In this document: positions 49,701-59,890 of the stretch, in pieces
Layout: each line of letters begins with the position of its first letter
How positions within the stretch are numbered: position 1 is the stretch's first letter
Assembly: GCF_001194135.2 (NCBI RefSeq)
Contig: NC_068996.1
Location: 31,915,412 to 31,977,534, forward strand
Source: Octopus bimaculoides
Lineage: Eukaryota
Length of the DNA stretch: 62,123 bases
Direction: 5' to 3'
Notes under the pieces: generated by a model
What the model saw: the letters and a program-made list of their open reading frames with translations, nothing else
Told to the model about the DNA's origin: nothing
Database searches by the model: none
Position numbers and translations under genes: made by a program

Positions 49701-50680
49701 TTTTAACTTGTTCCACGGGAGATATTTTTATGCCTAGAATACATTTGATATCATCCGACAAGTATATATGGGTGAATTTATCACTGTGGAACTTTCGCCA
49801 GAATTTGCTTGCAATACCAGAGCACTAAAGCGAATGAGTTAATAGCTTGCTTGAAATCATCATACTTGTGAAGACAGATAAGAAGAAAGATCATAATAAA
49901 GAACATGAGAGCCACACTTTTGGGTGATGATTTGTCTGAAATATTTGCTCAAAATTTATTGAAACTTCGAGAAGGCAGGGTAACTCTTCAAAGTAATAAC
50001 TGTCTAGATACATCTATATTTAATTCTCAGTTTTGTTAGGCGATGAACTAAAAGCAAGATTAGTTTTAAATTTTCAGGGTCGAGAAAACCATAATCACTT
50101 ACGTGAAAGGCAACATCCGCACCAAAATGTATGGTTTCAACATAAACAATATGCTGTTGAATAGCATTTCGGGAACTACAAAGATCTATAAATTTGTAGA
50201 TTCAATTCCAAATTCTGCAGAGGTTGTCAGCTATCCTGTTGAATTCTTAAACTATTTGGAACCTCTTGGGCTCCCACCACACCGACGTCACTTAAAAGTA
50301 ACTATTATCAGGTTACTACCGAGTCTTGCCCAGCCTCGGTTGTGTAATGGTACAAAACTGGTGCTAAAAAAAGAATTAACGCTTCATCTTATTCAGGCCA
50401 CTGTTTTAACTCGTTCCACGGGCGATATTTTTATGCCTAGAATACCCTTGATAGCATCCAACATAGAAATAGAATCCTACCTTTTTTTATGCAAAGGGCT
50501 GTAGTTTCCTATAAGGTTCGGTTTTAACTATGTCTGTTGCTGGGCTACAACTTGAAGAACAATATTTATCAAACGTGCAACTGTATGTTGCATGTACAAG
50601 AGTTAGAAGTCCACGCCAACATTTTTGTGTATACTTTCTGGAAAAACACGTGACAGTATTTATAAGTAAGCACTAGATTT
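46780..50680 (+). mobile_element. Helitron Rep/helicase pseudogene
   Basis: In order: GMCYSKG; NIRAY..PTFKLQGKIYHRIGSL..LQIYF; ETHHSYDTLQY; YYVYRLM; ILPSSF; HINVEY..IKYICKY; TGSGKAF; AVAPSGIVA..GGRTGHSTF; YPVEFLN..GLPPH; LCNGT. All fragmented by stops and frameshifts. Confidence 0.92.
49650..49760 (+). repeat. 111-bp duplicate of 50353-50463 inside the Helitron
   Basis: caaaactggtgctaaaaaaagaattaac...atgcctagaatac..ttgat..catcc.aca in both copies, about 10 mismatches. Confidence 0.92.
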
Positions 50681-50840
50681 ACAGTAAATAATAAGAGGGA
50701 AAAAATGAACACAATTAAGAGGTGAAGTGGTGCTGAAAAATGGGAAACCTACAAATGAACTATAAATATGTATATAGTAAGGCAAAATAGTGTTATATTA
50801 ATTGGGAAAACAATATGTGTGTGTGTGTGTGTGTGTGTGT

Positions 50841-50990
50841 TAGACTGCGGTGAAGCTGGGGCACCGCCTTGGAAAGATTTAAGTCGAACAATTCGACGCC
50901 AGTACATTTTAAGGGTTGAAACTTATTGGAACCGTAATTTTTGCCGAAACGCTAAATTACGGGAACCTAAACAAGCCTGCACCGGTTGCC
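50841..50990 (-). mobile_element. SINE family A 3' fragment, diverged
   Basis: gactgcggtgaagctggggcaccgcctt..tttgccgaaacgctaaattacgggaac. Confidence 0.7.
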
Positions 50991-51034
50991 ATGTGCATAT
51001 ATGTATGTATATATATATATATATATGTATATAT

Positions 51035-51066
<32 letters not shown>

Positions 51067-51069
51067 TTA

Positions 51070-51100
<31 letters not shown>

Positions 51101-52920
51101 NNNNNNNNNNNNNNNNNNNNNNNNNNNNNNNNNNNNNNNNNNNNNNNNNNNNNNNNNNNNNNNNNNNNNNNNNNNNNNNNNNNNNNNNNNNNNNNNNNNN
51201 NNNNNNNNNNNNNNNNNNNNNNNNNNNNNNNNNNNNNNNNNNNNNNNNNNNNNNNNNNNNNNNNNNNNNNNNNNNNNNNNNNNNNNNNNNNNNNNNNNNN
51301 NNNNNNNNNNNNNNNNNNNNNNNNNNNNNNNNNNNNNNNNNNNNNNNNNNNNNNNNNNNNNNNNNNNNNNNNNNNNNNNNNNNNNNNNNNNNNNNNNNNN
51401 NNNNNNNNNNNNNNNNNNNNNNNNNNNNNNNNNNNNNNNNNNNNNNNNNNNNNNNNNNNNNNNNNNNNNNNNNNNNNNNNNNNNNNNNNNNNNNNNNNNN
51501 NNNNNNNNNNNNNNNNNNNNNNNNNNNNNNNNNNNNNNNNNNNNNNNNNNNNNNNNNNNNNNNNNNNNNNNNNNNNNNNNNNNNNNNNNNNNNNNNNNNN
51601 NNNNNNNNNNNNNNNNNNNNNNNNNNNNNNNNNNNNNNNNNNNNNNNNNNNNNNNNNNATATATATATATACATACATATATATATATACACAAATAAAT
51701 TAGGGTACCGAAATACCAGTTAGCTAGAAATAGGAGTCAACACTCCAAATCAACAAATGTCTCACTATTAAGAAATGCGCACTGTAAATGTAACGAATAT
51801 AAGATAAGTAGGCCTTACCTTTGCATAAATCACAAAGTAAAGAGTACATATCTTGATATCAATTGATTTCACATTTTCTGCGTTAGCATTTAAGGACAAT
51901 CATCCAAGTTTATTGTATCCAACTATTTTTCAAAATATATTCATTACATTGTGCGCGTCTTTTCACTTCAAAGCCTCCGTGACATTCAAAAATTTTAAAT
52001 TTAATAGAATATTATAACCAATATTAAGAATAACAATAATAATAAATTGGCCAACAAGTTTAACCTAAACAGGCAAAATATGCGAACAAATTAGGGTACT
52101 GAAATATCAGCTTGTCAGAAATGAATTAACAACTACAAGTCTTTGAAATTGTGTACTGGAACTGAAATATACCAGTGAGTTTCTCAACAAAGACTGAAAA
52201 TCCTCAGTCACATCAAAACTTATACTGGAAATTAAAAAAGATCCTCAGTTATTCTTTGCAAAAATCTAGGTTCTGCATGTTAGTGCAATAGTACAACTTA
52301 GGTGTGTCTGATGTTTTGATATTGCTTTAGAAAGTATCAGTTAATGTCTTATATCTTTCCCTGAAAGTTTCTTAGCACCTTTTTTATATGTTAAACACTG
52401 TCCCCCCCCCCCACACACACTTGCAAATGTTTACAACTTTCTTCTATTCATTTCAAAGTACGTACCTCGTAGTACTTTTTCATTTTCAACTTAGTTTCGA
52501 CTTTCTTTAAACGTATCAGATTGCTAACCTACGTAAAAGATAATCTTCGTCTATTTAGGATTAGGATTTGGGACAGTGTAAGGGTTTAGGATTTAAAGAT
52601 AAGCTGAAGGCTAGACTTTGGACATACGGCCTTACATTTAAGATTTAAGGTTAAGGACTGGTGTAAGTACTTAGAATGAGTTCTTTAGTTTAGGGTTAAG
52701 ATTATGTTTAAATTGAAATTGGGCAACGGAAAATATTTAAATATGTGCACAATGTTTTGCAGAATCATAGAGACCATATATGTTTAAAGCAATGAAATAT
52801 GAAATAATAGTTTTTGAAAATATTTCTTAAAAATCAACTTAAACTATGATACGTATTTCTTCAGAAGATTTACTGAGTTAATTGCTTTGTAATGTTACCG
52901 TTTATTCCTTGAATCTTCAA

Positions 52921-52946
52921 CTCGGGCAACGACGGGTATTTCAGCT
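52921..52946 (+). other. Helitron-type 3' terminal hairpin remnant (no CTAG; abuts a (CT)n tract)
   Basis: ctcgggcaacgacgggtatttcagct resembles the CCGGGCAACGCCGGG..CTAG terminus. Confidence 0.5.
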
Positions 52947-53018
<72 letters not shown>

Positions 53019-53094
53019 GCTGTCTCTCTTTCTCTATATACATACATACATACGTACATACATACATACATACATACATACATACATACGTACA

Positions 53095-53127
<33 letters not shown>

Positions 53128-53177
53128 GTATATATATGTGTGTNNNNNNNNNNTACATACATACATACATACATACG

Positions 53178-53210
<33 letters not shown>

Positions 53211-53225
53211 GTATATATATGTGTG
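52947..53225. repeat. (CT)n and (TACA)n compound microsatellite
   Basis: Direct reading. Confidence 0.93.
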
Positions 53226-53236
53226 TATATATTTCT

Positions 53237-53403
53237 GTGTGTGTTTGTGTTTGTCCCCCTAACCATCGCTTGACAACCTATGTTGGTGTGATTACATCCC
53301 CGTAATTTAGCGGTTCGGCAAAAGAAAACGATAGAATGAGTACTAGGCTCACAAAGAATAAGTCCTGGGGTCAAATGACTGAAACAAATATAAGAATAAA
53401 AGA
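53237..53403 (+). mobile_element. SINE family A 3' half with internal deletion
   Basis: tgtccccctaaccatcgcttgacaacc..cctggggtc|aaatgactgaaacaa. The segment present in full copies is missing; gtc microhomology at the junction. Confidence 0.85.
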
Positions 53404-53737
53404 AATAAAATATTGCATAATACAGTATATACAATTATATATTCTCTTGCAGTTCCAATAGAAGGAAATGCTAGGCAATGATATGTGTATATATTGTTAT
53501 TGTATATTTTTCCATCGGTCATTGCCCAGGCAACAGTAAGATTTTTAAGCAATAAAAATGCAAATCCTCCTTTCTGTCTTAAATAGATCCTTTTAACTTT
53601 TTGTCCCGTTGAATTTCCACAGGACCAGCTAGTAATATATATATGATATATAATTATAATACTACATAAAATAATATATCGTATAATATAATGTTGTATA
53701 ATATAATATGATATAGTATAATATATGATATAAAATA

Positions 53738-53794
<57 letters not shown>

Positions 53795-54149
53795 TGCATA
53801 TATATGTATATAGAGAGAGAGAGAGCGATAGAGAGAGAGAAAGAGAGAAAAATATGTATTTGAATTTGCTCTTCCTTTATTTAATCTGTTACTCATGATT
53901 CAGTGTTTGATAACATGATGTTATCCTAAAGACGCAATTCGTAAATGCACCTAAGAAACAAACATAAATAAACACATCGTCAGACAGCTGAGCGAGAAAT
54001 AATATTCAGACATGCAATTATGAAATTTAAATGCCCATTACCGACATGCTGTTATATTACGTTATAGTCCACATCAGTCTGCGCAGAACATCCTACAAAC
54101 ACACAAAAGGGGAACCGAAACCTGAATGGAATTATATACATACGTACGT

Positions 54150-54151
54150 AC

Positions 54152-54194
<43 letters not shown>

Positions 54195-54285
54195 GATAGA
54201 TAGATAGATAGATTACATACATACATATAAACATACATGCATACATACAAACATACATACATACATACATACATACATACATACA

Positions 54286-54315
<30 letters not shown>
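54150..54315. repeat. (GATA)n and (TACA)n compound microsatellite
   Basis: Direct reading. Confidence 0.95.
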
Positions 54316-54317
<2 letters not shown>

Positions 54318-54530
54318 ATGTGCAGTTACTGTATCCAGATTACAAGTTCAGGTACACACTTGTAATTATTGGGTTACTGGGATATATAACATACTGCCTA
54401 AATACCAATCTTGAGAAATTAGGCTTCTCAAAACCAGAAAAGAGAAAGCTAATTCGAAGACTACAGATCCAGTCCATCACTGCAGCTATAAAAATCTGCA
54501 AAACTTTTCACAAGTTTAACATTTAAGTAT
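54318..54530 (+). mobile_element. RLE-class LINE extreme C-terminus, same type as 11271-12125
   Basis: QLLYPDYKFRYTLVIIGLLGYI..NLEKLGF..LIRRLQIQSI..IKICKTFHKF*. Confidence 0.75.
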
Positions 54531-54607
54531 ATATGAGCATGATTAAATATACAAGTATATGCATGAGAATACATACATAAAACAAAACATATAAATCTGC
54601 ACATACA

Positions 54608-54639
<32 letters not shown>

Positions 54640-54689
54640 CAACACAAAGATACAAACAGAAAGCTCGAAACAGCATATCTATGTAACTT

Positions 54690-55420
54690 AAAAGATAAAA
54701 ATTTCATCCCTGCGGAAGAATATCTCACAGATTGTTTTAGTTATGATGTCTAATACAGAGAACAATTTCACAACATTAGGAAGACTTCTGAAAAAAGAAA
54801 AATAGTGTCGATTCTGTGATACAGTATTCAAAAGCCTAAACTCCAAACTGCACCAGCTGAATGAGCAACTCACAGCCAGAGCTGAAAAACTAAAATATAA
54901 TCTATAACATATAAACCTTCCCCAGCTCCTGCAAAAGATTAGGTTGACGGCCACTGGAAATTTGTATGGGACACAAATTATGAATTCAAAAAATAAACTG
55001 TATGACTAAAAGAACTGGACCAGGACTACTGCAAGCATGTCCAGCAAAAACAATATGAAACAGACCGTGAAATACTGGAAATTGTTCTACAGTAAATGTC
55101 AAACAAGAAATCCCCCGGCCCAAACTTCTTAACAGGTTAAGAATTTCGCCTTTCATCGGCGAGATCTCATGCGGTTCTATAGAGAAAGTATCAAGTATCA
55201 TACGGTTCTATGGAGAAGTAACAAGAACTGCCGAAATGGTTATCAACGGCAACTACTCTTCTCATTCCACCAAAGTAGGCAAACCATCTTCGCTAAAACT
55301 TACCGCCCAATAGCTGGCAAGAACATTGTGTGCAAATAAAGCACTGAATGCCTCAATCGATTCTTGCAGGATCATTGTGCTAACAACAACATTATAATAC
55401 CTGAGCAAGCCATTCCCAAA
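54690..55420 (+). mobile_element. RLE-class LINE fragment: pre-RT region and RT N-terminus
   Basis: KISSLRKNIS..; WKFVW; LKELDQDYC; MSNKKSPGPN; LPKWLSTATTLLIP; KTYRPIA; HCANNNIIIPEQA. Confidence 0.7.
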
Positions 55421-56353
55421 ACCACTAGTGTATTATTGAACACACAACCAAAACTTGCTACACCAATTCACTTCTTGGGAGGGATAAGAAACAAATTGAG
55501 TTGGATTGCATTCACTACTAAAATGTATCTTTTAAGATGATAGCTCTTCATCCTCTCATTAAATCCACTATTATACGTGCTCAAAAACTATAGTTGCTAC
55601 AGATATGGGTCCAGACGTGTCATCCAATTTTTCGTCGTCGACGCGCTGGAACTGTATGGGCCAAGAAACACTGGGTTGCTGTATTTCACAAGGCTTTTAG
55701 TGGTTTATAATGATAACTAGCATACCCGTGTCGTAAAAGATGCCGACAATAGAAGATAGCATATCATAACAATGGGTAAAACCAGTGATAAATGTCATCA
55801 ATCGGGTACAGAAATGAATCGAACAGTCAGATGCGCTTGCAATGTTATTATCCACGTTCTTTTCGGCTGTCAACCGTTAGTCGACGATCACTGTTCTTGT
55901 TCAGTAGTTATCTCTGGTAGATTCACTTGTAGGCTACACCCGCAATCCTGCCAGAAATGATCACTGATATATATATATAGATATAGATATATAAAACAAT
56001 CATTACTGTACGATGTCAAGGCAGTAAAACAAACACACCCCACACACACATAAACATAAAGTTGATCGTTGGTGTAACGATTATGTTCAGGTGATCTGGG
56101 CTAACTTTCTTTATTTACAATCTGTTTCATTGTATAACGCCGAGTACACATTAACACAAACATGTAAGCATGATTTCTTCGACGATGGAATTAATACTAC
56201 ATGAAGAAGATTGCACAATGACCGTATTCCAAAGAATGTCAAGTCGTTAAATATACATTCACCTCCCATACCTCATCACTTTTATGGCACTGTATATACA
56301 CATTTATATGTGTGTATATAAATGTATATTTATATACACATGTATATATATAT

Positions 56354-56733
56354 AATTAAATATAGGATAAAACCTATATATGAATTTATCAAGTAGTCTG
56401 CGTGAAAACCATATAAGGAAAAAATTTATATGTCTTGATTATGCCTGCACTGACGATTAGAAAGTGGGTTACGTACACTAACTATGAAATTATATGAGTT
56501 GCGGCTGAATCTGTTTTCAAGGGAAGCTTCCAAGTTGCATTCTCTCGCTGTCGGTACACTGTATATTTATTATGGTAGTTTTGACTTCAAGATTCCCGCA
56601 TAGCGTTTACGTGTAGTAATGCCCTTAATATAATAAACGTATTTATAGGGAATAATTATAATTTTTCCTTTTATAAGGTTTTCACGCTGACTACTTAATC
56701 AATTCTTATGTAGGCTTTATCCTATATTTAATT
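56354..56733. repeat. Unit bounded by about 70-bp inverted repeats (56354-56424 and 56662-56733)
   Basis: aattaaatataggataaaacctatatatgaatttatcaagtagtctgcgtgaaaacc vs reverse complement aattaaatataggataaagcctacataagaattgattaagtagtcagcgtgaaaacc. Confidence 0.9.
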
Positions 56734-57120
56734 TTAAATTTAACCGGAATATATTCAATGCTGAATTATTCTGAATATACACTTGTAAAGAAAAGTAATT
56801 TGAAAAGCGCGCCTCTTACATAGATATATAAGTATGAACATTTAAATGTGCTATGTTGGATACATTTGGTGTTCTTCTGGTATGCTGAATTTTGTTCATT
56901 TTTATGGGTCTTCATTATGTCTGCTCTCACGATTAGAAAGTGGATTATGTACACTAACCATGAACTCATATGATTTGCGGCTGAATCTGTTTTCAAGGGA
57001 CGGCTTCCAAGTTGTATTTCCTCGCTGTCGGTATACTGTATATTTATTATGGTAGTTTTGACGTTTTAAGAGTCCCTCATAGCGTTAAGCATTTACGTGT
57101 CGTAATGTCCTAAATATAAT
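56432..57120 (+). repeat. About 205-bp direct repeat pair (56432-56637 and 56908-57120), 476-bp period
   Basis: Colinear by eye, roughly 85% identical. Confidence 0.92.
56443..56505 (+). ncRNA. Decayed type I hammerhead-like motif; second copy at 56919-56981
   Basis: Copy 1 has CTGACGA (56450-56456) and GAAA (56486-56489). Copy 2 has TC-ATAT-GA-T-T stem III and triplet. Stem I gcc(t)gca/tgcggc. Only the consensus of the two copies satisfies the whole core. Confidence 0.45.
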
Positions 57121-57207
57121 ATAATATAATATAATATAATATAATATATGATATAATATTATATATATATATATATACATAGATGCATATATATATGTAT
57201 ATATATG

Positions 57208-57262
<55 letters not shown>

Positions 57263-57674
57263 NNNNNNNNNNNNNNNNNNNNNNNNNNNNNNNNNNNNNN
57301 NNNNNNNNNNNNNNNNNNNNNNNNNNNNNNNNNNNNNNNNNNNNNNNNNNNNNNNNNNNNNNNNNNNNNNNNNNNNNNNNNNNNNNNNNNNNNNNNNNNN
57401 NNNNNNNNNNNNNNNNNNNNNNNNNNNNNNNNNNNNNNNNNNNNNNNNNNNNNNNNNNNNNNNNNNNNNNNNNNNNNNNNNNNNNNNNNNNNNNNNNNNN
57501 NNNNNNNNNNNNNNNNNNNNNNNNNNNNNNNNNNNNNNNNNNNNNNNNNNNNNNNNNNNNNNNNNNNNNNNNNNNNNNNNNNNNNNNNNNNNNNNNNNNN
57601 NNNNNNNNNNNNNNNNNNNNNNNNNNNNNNNNNNNNNNNNNNNNNNNNNNNNNNNNNNNNNNNNNNNNNNNNNN

Positions 57675-57765
<91 letters not shown>

Positions 57766-57864
57766 GTATATAGAATGTTTATTGAATGTATATACATATA
57801 TGCACATACGTATGCAACTACCGACCAACATAGATATATGCATACATACATAGGCAGACTTCAT

Positions 57865-58759
57865 TCAATTTGATTTCTTTGTACTGCTAATTTGTTCTTC
57901 ATGGTTGGTTACACGTGCTTTTGTGTCCAAAAATTCAACGCTAGTTTTTGAAAAACTAGACGTGTATTTAATGTTAAACTTACAGCCATAGTTTTTAGCA
58001 TAACAGTCACAGAAATGCAAGAAGTCAATTAAACTATCCTGTGATCCTTCCCAGACAAAAAAGACGTCATAAATGAACCATAGCCAAAGTATTGATTCAT
58101 GACCATATAGGGATTTGAATGTTTTCAGTAACTGTGTCTCGAATTTCGTCATGGAGACATTAACGAAATTAACTGTCATTGTGGTACCCATGGCGCAACC
58201 CCTCGTCTGGTGGTAAAACTTTTGTCCAAACTTCATTATGTTACTTTGTAACACAAACCTCAATAGTCTACAAAGAAATTTAGATGGAATACTTTTGTTT
58301 GACCGTTTCTCGAAAGCTTTCATGCATGCTTTACCCCTTTATCATGGTCAATATTGGGATATAAAGAAGCAAGTTAATTTTAGACATAAAATCAACAGTA
58401 TCTCGAACATAGGAACTTCATCTTGCGACAGGGAGCAGAAAGCCACCCAGTCACTCCGAAATTTTGGTTGTACAAGATTCACATCCACTACAACTTGGGC
58501 GTATTAAAGGAAATCTTTCGTACTTTTTGTGTATTTTAGGGAGACCATAAAATATAGGTGTTATTTCTTCTGACCGTAAAATCCTGGATTCGGTTTTGTT
58601 AATGAAATTGTTTTCCTCCATTTCCAGAAGTATTTTGTCAAGTTCTTCACTGTAATTGGAGTTTGGATCGACAGGTAATTCTTCATATGAAGTTTTGAAA
58701 ACGATATACCTATGATCAGCAAGGAAAGTCAAGCTTCCACGCATAATTTTATCAAACAA
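57865..58759 (-). mobile_element. Penelope-like RT fragment
   Basis: YEELPVDP; PIFYGLPKIHK; RPSCSGCESCT; FYHQTRGCAMGT; WFIYDVFFVW; VEFLDT. Confidence 0.9.
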
Positions 58760-58769
58760 AATACAATAT

Positions 58770-59450
58770 GTGACAGAATTCCTTTAGTAGAAATTTCGTT
58801 AGAATTTCAAAAGTGTTACATGAAAGTTGCGAAAAACAACTTCATTTCAAATAGATATTTCCTCAGCGGTCTATTATAGACTTTAGACAGAATAAAAATA
58901 TGAGAGAAATATTAACCTCTATTTCTGACTCCAAGAAAACCAGCATTGGAGTTCCTGCACGCTATAACTTGTAAAATAGCCGCAAGAGATCTAAGCCCTG
59001 TTCATTGTGCAACAACATGAGTCACATCAATTCCATCAGGAATCATAACAGGTAAGATGTGTAGAAATTCCCATTTGGTGTACGCAGCAGATTGCAAGAA
59101 ACAAAACTTGATTTATGTTGCTTGTACAATAGAACAATTAAACAAAAGATTCAATGGGCACAGGTATGACGAAAGGCAAAATAACAAGAGTTCGACAGAA
59201 CTTGTTGAACAGTTTCGCTTCAAACGGCTGCAATTTTGAAAAAGACTTGAAAGTGCATATTCTCACTAAATATTCTGAATCTTCTGAGGAGAAATATGAT
59301 CGTGAGTTATTTACGTCATGACATGGAGGGATGAATAAAATGACAGAATTTCATCATATTTACACAAAACTGCTTGATTGAATATTCTTCTTTTTCTTTC
59401 CTTTTCATTTTTTTCTTTTTTCTCATTCTTTGTTTTTCTTTTTGCCAGTT
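58770..59450 (+). mobile_element. Penelope-like linker, GIY-YIG endonuclease and 3' region
   Basis: DRIPLV; FRQNKNMREIL; CSLC; CRNSHLVYAADC..LIYVACT..LNKRFNGHRYD. Confidence 0.8.
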
Positions 59451-59661
59451 GTAAACTTGAAAATTGAACATTAATGATGTCATTCCATTCACGTGGGAAC
59501 TCTGGTTGCCTCGTTTAAATTTTGTATTTGAATTTCTATAATTTTAAATTTGTATCTCTTACATTTCATTTTGAAATCGACAAAGACAGGGGTAGCGGTC
59601 GAAATATCGTTCAACCAATAAAACATTTATTGCAATGGCACTGCGCTCTTCGCATTGTTTT

Positions 59662-59683
59662 ATAATAATAATAATAATAATAA

Positions 59684-59745
<62 letters not shown>

Positions 59746-59890
59746 AATGCCCGGATGCAGTACCAAGCAGTGGCTCTCATGGCTTCTGATCTTAATTGAT
59801 CGGAAGTGTTATCATGTACAATGTTTTGTCTTGGTATAAAAGATGGGCTACAGCAAATATTCTGCTTAATACCACAGATTTGCTTGTTAG
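59662..59890 (-). mobile_element. Short retroposon-like 3' end with (ACT)n(ATT)n tail
   Basis: About 145-bp unique segment (59745-59890) read on the minus strand into a trinucleotide tail; class not resolved. Confidence 0.4.

Noticed and set aside
52140-52215. Minus-strand CTGAGGA..GAAAC-tcactg-GTA hammerhead-like string
   Set aside because: No stem I in register and a weak stem II.
55710-55740. actagcatacccgtgtcgt as a minus-strand Helitron end
   Set aside because: CTAG-T is present but only half of the hairpin, and no supporting internal sequence.
42-57873. Long ORFs containing runs of X (e.g. 42-1460, 22096-23031, 36153-37589, 50916-51698)
   Set aside because: They are open only because N-gaps contain no stop codons.
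59280-59310. CTGAGGA-GAAA-tatgatc after the GIY-YIG domain
   Set aside because: Position is suggestive, but there is no stem II spacer and stem I is poor.
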